Assembly (NCBI RefSeq): GCF_018350175.1
Contig: NC_058383.1
Span: forward strand, 9,736,001 to 9,800,000
Direction: 5' to 3'
DNA length: 64,000 nt
DNA from: Felis catus
Taxonomy: Eukaryota
The position numbers and the translations under genes were made by a program. Positions 27,263 through 38,835 of the stretch are shown here, piece by piece (within the stretch, counting starts at the first letter, position 1; the number at the start of each line of letters is the position of its first letter). Under the pieces are notes generated by a model that ran no database searches, was not told where the DNA came from, and was given only the letters and a program-made list of their open reading frames with translations.

Positions 27263-27851
27263 AAGACACCTGTTCATGCGACTTTCAGGGTGCCATGCTT
27301 CCGGTTTTCCTTCTTCCTCGTGGGCTGTTTCTTTTCTGTTTCCACCCCTCGCTCCTCCCTACCTCTTTCTTGAATATTGGGTGTCCTCAGGCTGTCCCCA
27401 GATGTCTCATCTGCACTCACTCCTTGGTGATCTTACCCAGCCGTAAATCCTGTCTATATGTGGATGGCCACCAAATCAATTGATCTAGCTCAAACCCCTT
27501 CTGATTTCCAGGTTTGCGCCCCACCCTGCTGCCCCGGATCAGATAGAGTTCCATTTGGTATCTGGTGGGCATCTCATTGTAACATGCCCCCAAACCACGG
27601 TCCTGTGGTCCTGTCTGCCCCCGGTCCTGTCTGCCCCCAAACCCACTCTTCCTTTGGTTCTCTATCGTGTGGATGGCGACTCAGCCCCGCACAGTGTTCT
27701 GGCACGTTGTCAGATGCCACTCTTGACTCCTTCCTTCCTCACACCCCACGTCCAAGTCATCAGCAAACCCCGTCGGCTCTACCTTCAAAATATATCCAAA
27801 ATTCCTGAAGTCAAGACTACACTGTATGTTAACTAACTTGAATTTAAATTC

Positions 27852-27944
27852 ATGTGTGTGTGTGTGTATGTATATATATATGTATATGTATATATATATA
27901 TATGTATATACACACACACACACACACATATATATATACGTACA

Positions 27945-27991
<47 letters not shown>

Positions 27992-28000
27992 GTATGTATA
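27852..28000. repeat. Compound (TG)/(TA)/(CA) microsatellite
   Basis: About 150 nt of alternating purine-pyrimidine read directly. Confidence 0.95.
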
Positions 28001-28991
28001 TCCAAATCCATCTCAGCATTTGCACCACGACCAGCCTGGTCTGGGCCCTCATCCTCTCTGGCCTGAACTGATTCATCCGCGATGCATCTGCTCTCCCCGA
28101 TTCCCTGCTTGTCAGCACAGCAGCCCGAGAGCGGGGTCCTTGAGAACAGGAGTCTGATGACATCACCCTTTGCTCCAAACCTCCCAGGGGCTCCTCTCTC
28201 GCTGAGACAAAGACCGTTCCTTGCCAGGGCCCATGTGACCCCTTGTGATTCGGCCTCTCCAACCTCCAGGCTGCAGCCATACTAAACCTCCCACCTGCCA
28301 GGTGGGCTCTGATTGCAACCCTTCTCCTAGGTGTCTCTCAGGCTTCCTTCCTCGTCACCCTCTGTCACCTAATACAGCCTTCCCTGGTGACCCTGGGTGA
28401 GGTCGTAACACCAGCCTAGTATGCCCCAGCCCCGTTCTCGGCCCTATAGCACCTGCCACCTCTCAGACACCATATAGATCGTATTTATTTGTTCACTGTC
28501 ACGCTGCCTTCCACCCGAATATAAGATCCACGGGGCAGAGACGGGTCGTCTTGGGTGCACGACCGCCGTGCCCGGCACATTGTAGGCCTTCAGGAAGGAC
28601 GTGCCGAACGAATGAGTGAGTGTGTAAAGGATTTGAAGCAGTTGCTCCTTGCATTTAGGCAAGGCCAGAAGAGCTTCAGATGGTCTCTAAGGATCTGCTA
28701 ACCACAATCAGGTGAAACAGGGAGAGGTGCTGGAGAGCTGGGCTGGGCATCTTTTAGGAGAAAGTAGATGACGATCTGTGCGGGGCCAGGTCTATAGCTG
28801 GCCAGACTACAAGGGAGGAGAGCTCTTTTCCTGAGCCTTATGTAACAGACGTGGTTTTGTGTAAATCACACTTCTGTAAATGGAATCCTATTTTAAATGT
28901 ACTAGCAGAGGCTGCTATTTAAAGGAATGTGATGCCAAATTCTTTTGTGAAATGAATCATCTCCTAATGTGTCCTTAGTGTCAATTCATAT

Positions 28992-29013
28992 CCCCCCCCC
29001 CCCCCCCCCCCCC
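28992..29013. repeat. C22 homopolymer (with (TTG)n at ~29157-29191)
   Basis: Read directly. Confidence 0.95.
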
Positions 29014-29156
29014 AGAAATGTGTATTGACTTAAACCAAAGTCTGCCTGTCTGAGGTAAGGAAACCTCCACATCCCGTCTTTCCTCTGTCCTGGCCATTCC
29101 CTTTCTGTTTGTCCTTATTCTTCCCCTGCTTCATTTCTGCCCTTCCTTTGGCTGAG

Positions 29157-29192
<36 letters not shown>

Positions 29193-29252
29193 CCTCCTTA
29201 GACTCTGACATAGAATGTTCTTCTGTAGCATGACCAGAAGTAAAGAGTACGA

Positions 29253-29420
29253 GGGGCGCCTGGGTGGCTCAGTCGGTCGAGCGTCCAACTTCGGCCCAGA
29301 TCATGATCTCACAGTTCGTGAGTTCAAGCCCCACATCGGGCTCTGTGCTGACAGCTCAGAGCCTGGAGCCTGCTTCAGATTCTGTGTCTCCCTCTCTCTC
29401 TGCCCCTGCCTCACTCACAT

Positions 29421-29473
<53 letters not shown>

Positions 29474-29690
29474 AATAAAAATAAACATTAAGAGTACAAG
29501 GGGCGCCTGGGTGGCTCAGTCACTTGAGCGTCCAACCCTTGATTTCAACTCAGGTCATGATCCCAGGGTCCTGGGATTGAGCCCCATGTGGGGCTCTGTG
29601 CCGAGCACGGAGCCTGCCTGAGATTCTCTCTCTCCTTCTGCCCCTCTCTCCAGCTCGTGCCCTCTCTCTCTCTCTCTCTCTAAAAGAAAG
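29253..29690 (+). mobile_element. Head-to-tail CanSINE pair (29253-29489, 29500-~29690)
   Basis: Two heads; first copy flanked by aagagtac(g/a)a. Confidence 0.92.
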
Positions 29691-29718
29691 AAAGGAAAGA
29701 AGGAAGGAAGGAAGGAAG

Positions 29719-29773
<55 letters not shown>

Positions 29774-29888
29774 GAAAGAAAAGAGAGAGAGAGGGAGGGA
29801 GGAAGGAAGGGAGGGAAGAAGGAAGGAAGGAAGGAAGGAAGGAAGGAAGGAAGGAAGGAAGGAAGGAAGGAAAAGAAAGAAAGAAGGA

Positions 29889-29928
<40 letters not shown>

Positions 29929-29972
29929 GAAAGAAAGGGAGGGAAGAAGGAAGGAAGGAAAAGGAAGAAGAA

Positions 29973-30035
<63 letters not shown>

Positions 30036-30091
30036 GGAGGGAAGAAGGAAGGAAGGGAGGGAGGGAGGAAGGAAGGAAGGAAAAGGAAGAA

Positions 30092-30183
<92 letters not shown>
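29682..30183 (+). repeat. (GAAA)n/(GGAA)n polypurine tract
   Basis: 502 nt with no pyrimidine seen on the + strand. Confidence 0.97.
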
Positions 30184-30189
30184 TTGAAC

Positions 30190-30300
30190 AGTGGTCCCCT
30201 TCCAGACCAAATGAATCCAGTCTGGGGTGGAGCGGAGGAGTCTGTTGGGGTGATAGTCTCAGGTGATACTTGTGCACAGCCGAGTTTGGGAACCACTGAC
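30190..30300. mobile_element. MER5-like hAT fragment
   Basis: ccagacc...gaatc...ggggtgg...caggtgat...agtttgggaaccactg. Confidence 0.6.
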
Positions 30301-30895
30301 CAAAGAAGCAATCGTGTGCTATTTGCCGTTCTCACATCCAAGCTCACCCCCTGCAGGACTGGTGAGGCTGGATGAGCATCCACTTTGGGGTTTTGCCGAG
30401 GGTGGCCAGTGTGAATCTGGCTGTAGACTGTTCTAGGACTGGCTGGAGCTCAGGGCTCAGGAATATCCCCTCTCGGTGCATCACCCATCCTGCTAATATC
30501 TTAGGCGAGAGCAAGGTCCTGTGGCCACACTGCCTGGTAGAGTTCTGTCCTAGTTCTCTCCAGAGTTTTGCAACAAACTTGGGCTTCCCGGACCCACCAC
30601 CCAATCTCTGTTTCCCTTCCAACCTGAATGTGTCTCTCTGAGAAAACACAACTGTGTGTTAAGGGTTTGGTGGAAAGTGTGGGAGCATCTAAGACCAGAA
30701 ACTGCCTCCTAAAAATAGTGGAAGGTTGACTCATTTTTTTAGAGGTTATTTGGCCTAGGGTCAGGTTTCCACTTTGGATTTTCTGAAATTTTTCCTTTTG
30801 GTTCTGATCAGACCAAGAGATCATAACATCTGCTAGTAGGCCTGGTTGGACCTTTTACAAGACAAGAGAAATCTGCCTCTAAGATAATGAATGTG

Positions 30896-31130
30896 GGTGG
30901 CTCAGTCGGTTGGGCATCCAACTCTTGATTTCAACTCAGGTCACAATCTCACGGTTCGTGAGTTCAAGCCCCATGTCGGGCTCTGTGCTGACAGTGTGGA
31001 GCCTACTTGGGATTCTCTGTCTTCCTCTCTCTCTTCCCCTCCCCTGCTCGTGTTCTCTCTCTCAAAATAAATTAATACAGTTAAAAAATGTTTTTTTTAA
31101 GTTCTCATCACAAGGGAAAAATTTTTTAAA
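30896..31130 (+). mobile_element. CanSINE with TSD aagataatgaatgtg and extra 3' sequence
   Basis: Direct repeats at 30881-30895 and 31131-31145. Confidence 0.9.
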
Positions 31131-31588
31131 AAGATAATGAATGTGTTGAGGGCAGAGCAGAGGCTTAGCAAACAAGTCGGCTTTGGCTAAGAGATCAGTT
31201 ATAACTATCTGACTACATCTAACTAGGACATGGAATGCGTACCTGACGGAGAAGGGCCGGTGCTGGGGCTGCTGTGTGGCTTGACCTCTCCAAGCCCACT
31301 TGTTAATAAAGTGCGCCCCCGGCTCCCTCCTCGGGTGTTCTCAGCATCAATAAGACAGTGGATTTGAAAGCTCTTGGAAGCTGAAAAGGACTAAGCAAAA
31401 ATTGGAAATGCTTATTGCCATTATCATTCAAGCCCACCTGGTATTTACACACTGGAGTGAGCCAAGCAGGTAAATTGGGAATGTTTAAAGTTACAGAATT
31501 AGTTGATGGACTCAGGTAAGAACGCTATCTCCTCAGAGCCACCCCTGTACATAAAGTGGGGTTGTCTTTATGTACAAATTGTGTTCAT

Positions 31589-31700
31589 GGGGGCGCCTGG
31601 GTGGCTCAGTCGTTTGAGTGTCTGACTTCGGTTCAGGTCATGATCTTACGGTTCATGAGTTCGAGCCCCACATCAGGCTCTCTGCTGATGAGCAGAGAGC
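31589..31700 (+). mobile_element. 3'-truncated CanSINE
   Basis: Head present; no CT tract or tail. Confidence 0.8.
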
Positions 31701-33381
31701 GCAGAACAAAACCGTGTTCACGAGCCCAAAACAAAACCGCGTTCATGAAGATCGGATCATAGTCGCGTGATGACCACCCTCTGAAGCGAGACATAAAAGC
31801 TGAAGAATGGAGCGGGGAGGGGACCCTGAGCCGAAATGGAGAGTTTGGACCCCAGAAGGTCAGGAGTCACCCTAGAGTCCTCAGCTGGGAGGAACACCCG
31901 AGGAGTTACTCCTGAGGCTTTATTATTTGGGTCCATTTGTGGTGGAGACTAGAGGTGGGGGGCCATATAGCGAAATGGGCATTAGGTAGGGGGGCGTGGG
32001 GTAGAAATGGAACCAAAAATAGCGATCTGCGGGAGAAGTGGCAGGCTTTGGCACATCTGGGTACAGCAAGTGCTTCCTGGCTCATTCATGTGACAGACGG
32101 AACAGGGCTCTGGAAGGACACAGAGCGGGGAATGAATGGGTGGCTCCTATGCCCAGGGACCCCCTGTCAGCCCGGCACCACCTCCCCCTTGGGTCTTGAG
32201 ATAGTGGGAGAAACGTTGCTCTGTGTTACTAAAAGAGACAAAACCGACCTCACAGAAAGCTGAAGTGGGGGGTGCAGGGGAGGGGAGGAGAGGAAGCTGG
32301 CAATGCCGGTGGTTTGGGGAGAGACACAGCACAGGGTCTCCGCTCTTACAGAGCAGCTGTCTCTCTGGGAAGCAAGGGGTGTCGCAAAAGGCCACTCCAG
32401 CCTGGCCGGTGAAGAGCGAACCATCAGGACATGTCTGATGAGGCTGCCCGAGTCTTGACCGTGTGGGCAGACTTGCCTGGAAAGTGACTGTGACACGTTC
32501 TCCGGTGCAAAATTCCTGGTGAACAGGGGCATTGCAATTTCATTTGCTCAGAAGGCAGAACCGATGCATCCTCTGTGGCAAGAGAGGCAGAACTGTGGCA
32601 GAGGGGTGCTGGTCCAAAGCCTCGGCCACCTGCAGGTGGGCAGAGGGGAGAGGGGCCATGAGACCCACTGTCTCAGTACCTAACCCTCTCGTCCTGTCTC
32701 CCAGGGCCTTCTGAAGGTCTAGGTGGGCCCCACGCCCAGGGTTGTTAAGGAAGGAGACACTGGTGTATGGAGAAAAGGGGGAGCCTCGTGAGAAACCAGG
32801 CTGCTCAAGTCCATGGGCAGTGTGGGCATGGGATTGTAGGTCGGTGGATGCAAGTACAGATAATACGGCAGTTTTTGCCCAAGGATATGACAGGATGACC
32901 TGGCAGAAGGGGACTCTTGGGCAGCAGCAATTATAAATGAAGGCAGTAAGACTAGAACCACAGAGGTGACAGAAAACTGAATGTGTTGCCTTCTCCGGGT
33001 CAGGAGGGCCGAGGTAGGGTCCCCTGCCTTTCTGTCATCAGTTACCCCCGTGACGAATGATCTGATTTGGAGAAGTTCTGGGGAACTCTGGGGACACAGG
33101 GCTGTAGGGACTCCCAGGGTGATGGTAGAGGAACCAAGAGTAGGAGGGGACAGGATGACCTGGGAAGGTCTCCCAGAGGCTTGCAAGTGTGGGGAGGGGC
33201 CTCCTGGGAGGGACGCTGGGCTTTCACTTTGTCCCTTTCTTCGTGCCTTGGAATTTGGGGAGCTTTGGGACCAGTAATGAGGGGCAGGCAGATCGGAGAG
33301 GCGTCTTGTGCAGAAAGGGAGAGTACTCTTCGCAGGATTCATGAGCATCCTGGATCGATTTCAGAGAAGGACGGAGGGGCA

Positions 33382-33853
33382 CAGGCATCCCTTGGAGAGA
33401 CTGCAGGTTCGGTTCCAGACCACCGCAGGAGTGCGAATATCGCAAGAAAGTCAGATGAAATTTTTGTTGCCCGCTGCCTATAAAGGTTACATCTACCTTG
33501 TGCTGTAGCCTCTTAAGTGTGCATTCGTGTCCTGTCGAAAGAACAAAATGCATATATGCCTTAATTAAAAATGCTTTTGTTAAAAAAAAAATGCTAACCA
33601 TCATCTAAGCTCTCAGCTAGTCGTCATCGCTGATCACAGATCACCACGACACATAATAATAACGAAAAAGTTTGCGGCATTGCAGGAATCACCAAAATGT
33701 GACCAGAGACACGAAGTGAGCAAATGCTACTAGCAGAATGGTGCCGGTAGACTTCCTTGATGTAGGGTCTCCACAAACCATCCGTCTGTGAAAAAAAAAA
33801 ATGCAGCATCTGTGAAGCAGTAAAGCAAAGTGCAATAAATCGAGGCATGCCTG
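33382..33853. mobile_element. Internally deleted Tigger1-type (TcMar) DNA transposon
   Basis: TIRs CAGGCAT.CCT.G ... CGAGGCATGCCTG; TA at 33854-33855; ggttcggttccagaccaccgca subterminal motif. Confidence 0.85.
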
Positions 33854-34509
33854 TATTTGTCTCTGGCAAAAGAGATGTTTTTTTGCAGCCTCTCTGCCCT
33901 CATTCTGGGGACATCCTATGCCTGTGTGTTCTCCTCATCCTCATGCATGACCCTGTCTGGAGAAGGAGAGCCAGCCTTGCAGCCACCATTCCAACGGGAA
34001 CACGCTGGGAGGGCCTGGAGGGAGGGACACTGGTGAGGGACAGGTACTGAGAGCCCCACCCCTGAACCCCGGGCCCTGGGAAGGAGGGCCGTTCATTTTG
34101 TCTTGGCTGCTTCCCACTCTGCCTCCCATCCTCTCCTCCCCAGACAGACTTTCACCTCCATCACGGAGCTGCTGCAGTTCTTGCCCTGGTCACCAGTGAT
34201 GTCATATGCAGTGGCGAATTCTCGGTCCTCACCCACCTGCCGCTGCAGCACTCTTTGACACACTGTCTTCACCAACAGGGGTGGCCCCCCCACCCCTCGA
34301 TTCTCCTCCTGCCTCACTTGGCTGTTACTTCTGTCTTCTTCCCCGGTTTTCTCATTCCTCCCAGAATTCCATCCCCAGCTCCTCTGGAAGCTCCTAGGCT
34401 CAGAAGGCATAGGGACCCTGGAAGACCGTCTTGTGTAAACACTCCTCCGGCAGCCCGGGCCAAGCATCCGTGCCCACCTTCCAAAGTCTCCTTGTCCACC
34501 TCCCACTAA

Positions 34510-35000
34510 ACTTGCTTTCTTTATCTTTAAGGCCAGGTCTATTGAAATATAATGTAGATGTCATAAAAATCACCATTGTTGGCATAGAGTTTTGTGAGTT
34601 TTGACAGGAACATGCAGTTAGGTAAACTCCACGCAATCGAGATTGAGGACAGGATCACCTCCCCCAAATCATGCCCCTTTGTAACCACCCCTTCCTCTCC
34701 CTCCAGTCCCTGGCAACCAGTGACCTGTTTTTGGTTGTTTTTTTTTTCTTTTTTTTTTTTTATTCCTATAATTCTAACTTCTCCAGAATGTCCTATAAAT
34801 GGAATCATGCAGTTTGTGGCCTTTTGAGTCTGGCTTCTGTCACTTGACATTCATACTTTGAAGATTCACCCATGTTGTTGGCATGAATCAATAGTTTGTT
34901 CCCTTTTATTGCTTCCTGTGGTGGGGCTGTACTGCAGCTTGTGTATTCATCCCCAAGTTCAAGGACGTCGTAACTGTTTCCAGTTTGGAGGATGACGGAC
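34510..35000 (-). mobile_element. Old L1M 3' fragment
   Basis: ccctggcaacca...ttctccagaatgtcctataaatggaatcat...gtctggcttct. Confidence 0.7.
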
Positions 35001-35752
35001 ACAAAACACAGTTTCTCTTAATGCTCACTGCCGGGTTGTGTCAGATCCCCGAGGACCTCCACTTCCCAAGTGCTGGGAATTGAGATATTTAAAGACCTCT
35101 GTACCCTTTCTTGCCCATCCCTACTTTGCACCACCCCTTGCCCTGATATCTGTTCTTATCTGACCTTGGGTGGTTCCCCATACTCATTGGGTTCCTTTGC
35201 ATGCACCCACATTATCCATGTTCCTCTTGGATGGGGCGCCCAAAGCTGCATGCCCTATTTGGTGCCCGGCAGGATGTCTGGCACATGGTGGGATGAATCA
35301 GTACTCCCAAATGCGGTTGAAAGCCATAAAACCAAGGACTGGCTCTTGTTCTCGGTCATCTAATTCTGTTGATATAGCCCAAAATGAACTTCGCTTCTTG
35401 AATTTCATGTTATTATAGTGGCCACGTCATACTGTTAAACTCAGCTAACCTACCGGGAACTCACTGGGCACTTACTGTCTGACCATGTGCAGTTGAATTC
35501 TGGGCCCAGGCGTATTCTTCTGTTCCACTGGTTATCACCTATAGTCATACCCTTCCACTGTCATCCAAACACGTGTGCACTTGCTCTAGACATTACTTAG
35601 CTCTGGCGCTATGCCTTCTGTATACCCTCAGTAGTAAACACGGTGGAGGGCACAAGTCCAGGGTGGTGGCACACCCTACCCCAAGGTGACGGTAGCCAGT
35701 TATCAGCACCTGCAAGCAGAGACAGCTGCCCTCATGGATCTTCCCTCCTAAC

Positions 35753-35941
35753 CCAGGGACTGGCAAGCTTTTCCAGAAAAGGGCCAGGTAGTAAACTTTT
35801 GGCTTTGTGGCCAGATGCTGTTGCTTCCTCCTCCCTCTCCCTTCCTCCTCTTCCCTTAAAAATGTCAAAACCAACCTTCACTCACAGGCCACACACAAGC
35901 AGGCTGCAGATTCAGCTGGGGGTTTGTGGTTTGCAACACTG
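35753..35941. mobile_element. MER58-like hAT element
   Basis: cagggactggcaagctttt...aagggccaggtagtaaa...ggctttgtggcca. Confidence 0.6.
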
Positions 35942-36769
35942 ATATCCTGTAGTTTCTTGTCCTTGTGTATGAGATGTTGTAAGAAACTTTGTTAAATGCC
36001 TTGATCCTCGAAATTCAGACACACGGTGCGTCTGCCTGATTTTTCTGAGATGTTGCCTTAGAGTCTACGAGGCACATCACCTTGGCTTGGTCCAGTTCAC
36101 TCAGCACCGGCAACCCTTCGACACCCTCCTAACTCACCTTGGGTTTTCCCTTTCAATGCTCTGTGTCTGCCTTTTTCAGTTCAAAGATCCTTCTGGACGG
36201 AAAAGACAGAGGCAAAATAGGAGTTTATCATCCACAGTGCACCACTGGCGGAGAGCAGTGGGCCCATTCCGTCTTGTTCTTTTTGCGTTTTGTATGATAA
36301 GATAGCCTTTTTGGGTTTCCTCCACATTTTCTGGAAGCTTCATCTCATTTTCGGCTTTCACTTTCTGATACCACTCATCCGTCTGTGCCACTCGTAGACG
36401 TTGGCATAAGCAGCTTGCGTAAGTAGCTTGCACACCCAAACTGGTTACTTTTTTTCATAAAGCATTGCTGAAATTGCACAGACAAGAGGGAAGGAAAGAA
36501 CAGGAAGAGGAAGGAGGACGGTTCGTATCTCCCTACAAACAGTTAACTCTTGGATGGCAAGGTCCACTCTCTTCCATCTTGCGTTGTCCAGGAGCGCCTC
36601 GCTCCGTGCCCCACACCCAGGCACCTGGTCCAGTTGCATAGAATGCCCATCCCAGTCTGCAGAAGGCCCACTTGGGCTTGCATAGCTCAGTCCTACAGCC
36701 TAGAGGCAGCCCTGCACTACATCTGATAGGTATTCAGTCAAAATCACAATTCCTTGGTGTTTTCTACTT

Positions 36770-37550
36770 AAAAAAAAAAATCTTCCACAAAACACCAAAT
36801 TCACCATCTTAGCCAATTTAAGGCGCATAATTGAGTAGCGTGGTGCAGCCACTGCCACTAGGTTCAGAACGTTTTCGGCATCCCGAGAGGAAACCCCATC
36901 CCCATGAGCCACTGCCCATCCCCCCCACTCCTACCCGAACCTGGCAACCAGCAAGCTGCCCCCTGTCCCTGTGGATTCACCCCTTCTGGACGTTTCCTAT
37001 AAATGGAATCCTATAGCCCATGACATCGTGTCTGGCTTCTTGACTTAGCATGATGTTTCTGAGGTTCATCCACGCTCCTTTTTGTGTGTGGATGTGTGTT
37101 TTGATTGTGCCAAAACACATGTAACATAAAAATGTCCCATCTTAACCACTTTTAATGGTCCAGTTCAGTGGCATTGAGTGCATTCACACTTCTGCACCTG
37201 TCATCACCATCCATTTCCAGAACCTTTTCATCTTCCCAAACTGAGATTGGTCTCCACTGAACACTAACTCCCCATTCCCCCTTCCTCCCAGCCCCCGACA
37301 CCCACCATTCTGCCTCTGTCTCTCCTATTTTGACTACTCAGAGTAGCTCACGTACATGGAGTCCAACAGTATCCCTCCTTCTGTGTCTGGCTAACTTCAC
37401 CGAGCATCATATACTCCAGGTTCATCCACACTGTAGTGTGTGGTAGGATTTCCATCTTTCTGAGGCCAAATAATATTCCATTGTGTGAACAGACCATGTC
37501 TTTACTTATCCATTGCTCTGTGGACGAACACTTGTGTTGCTCCCACCAGT
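36770..37550 (-). mobile_element. Two old L1M 3' fragments
   Basis: aaattcaccatctt, gttcagtggcattgagtgcattcaca, gtctggctaacttcaccgagcatcat motifs. Confidence 0.7.
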
Positions 37551-37909
37551 GTTTTCCACTTCGGAGCACTGGTTTCCTGCTGCACGGTCTTGACCACCCT
37601 CCTCCCAACTCAGGTTTGTACCCCTCGCCAATTGCAGGAGTGATTGACAGTTTTTAATCTTGTCAACTTGCTTACTCCGTCTTCCCTTCCAGATGATGAG
37701 ACTGCAGAACAGTGCCTTTCTTTCTGCTAAGCCCTCTGAAATCTGTGTGACCCAGATGGCTTGGTTACTCCCCACCTATCCTGAACCTGGAGGATATGGT
37801 TGGGGGCTTCATAGAATGGGAGGAAGAGGGAGATGTGATTCTAATTTCAATACCCCCCAGGTTGTGATACAGAGAAGCCACACAAAATACTAAAAAGAAA
37901 AAAAAAATA

Positions 37910-38481
37910 CTGTCATAGTCTGTCTGGGCTGCCATGATAAAATGCCATAGACTGAGTGGCTTAAATAACAGGAATTTATTTTTCACAGTTCTAGAGATTA
38001 GGTGCCTGCTGATTCAGATCCCTGGAGAGGGCTCTCCCTGTGACTTGTAGACGGCTGCCTTCTTGTTCTGTCCTCACATGGTGGAGAGAAAGAAAATGAG
38101 AGAAAGCAAAGATGCTCTGGTGTCTCTCTCTCCTTTTTTTAATGTTGTATTTGTTTTTGAGAGAGAGAGAGAGGAAGTTGGGAAGGGGCAGAGAGAAAGG
38201 AGGACAGAGGATCGAAGCAGGCTCTATGCTGACAGCCTCGAGCCCGACGTGGGGCTCAAATTCACAAACTGAGATCATGACCTGAGCCAAAGTCAGACAC
38301 TCAGTGGACTGAGCCACCCAGGTGCCCCCATAAGGGCACCGATTTCATCATGAGGAGCCCATTCTCACGAGTTCATATAACCCTAATCACCTCCCAAAAG
38401 CCCTCATCTCCAGATACCGTCACATTGGAGGTTACGACTTCAACTTACAAATTTGGGGGGTACACAATTCTGTTCATAACA
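37910..38481 (-). mobile_element. MLT1A-like solo LTR interrupted by antisense CanSINE (~38134-38329)
   Basis: gggctgccatgataaaatgccatagactgagtggcttaaa...cctaatcacctcccaaa...cataaca. Confidence 0.8.
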
Positions 38482-38616
38482 AATAACCTTTTATAAAAAT
38501 ATGGAAATGAGTGGAAGTATTTAGCTATGTAGAGCCTAGCTAAGTACTAGAGGATAATAAGAAGAAGTAACTGGATATCATTAGTTAGAGCAGCTTCTAT
38601 GTAACTATCAGCAAGA

Positions 38617-38835
38617 ATTTTTTTTTTTTTTTTTGAGAAAGAGCAGGTCGGGGAGTGAGGGAGGGGCAGAAGGTTGGCAAGGGAGAGAAAGAGATTGAGA
38701 ATCTGAAGCAGGCTTCACGATCAGTGTGGAGCCAGACATGGGGCTCAATCCCACCACCCCACCACCCCAGGATCATGACCTGAGCCAAAACCAAGAGTCA
38801 GACGCTCAACCGACTGAGCCACCCGGGTGCTCCCC
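38617..38835 (-). mobile_element. CanSINE
   Basis: Antisense body; cagcaaga(a)tttt flanks. Confidence 0.85.

Larger units (their letters stand above)
26900..28622 (+). mobile_element. L2 3' region interrupted by younger inserts
   Basis: ctaccttcaaaatatatcc... and terminal gtgcccggcacattgtaggcc...gaatgagtgagt typical of the L2 3' end. Confidence 0.65.

Noticed and set aside
27681..28280. His/Thr- and Cys/Val-rich ORFs
   Set aside because: Dinucleotide microsatellite translations.
29550..30383. Long minus-strand ORFs (277, 240 and 176 aa, FLSF repeats)
   Set aside because: Translations of the (TTTC)n microsatellite and SINE; not genes.
35942..35949. ATATCCTG, a U12-donor-like motif in intron 1
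   Set aside because: Sits at the edge of a MER58-like element with no associated exon; expected by chance.
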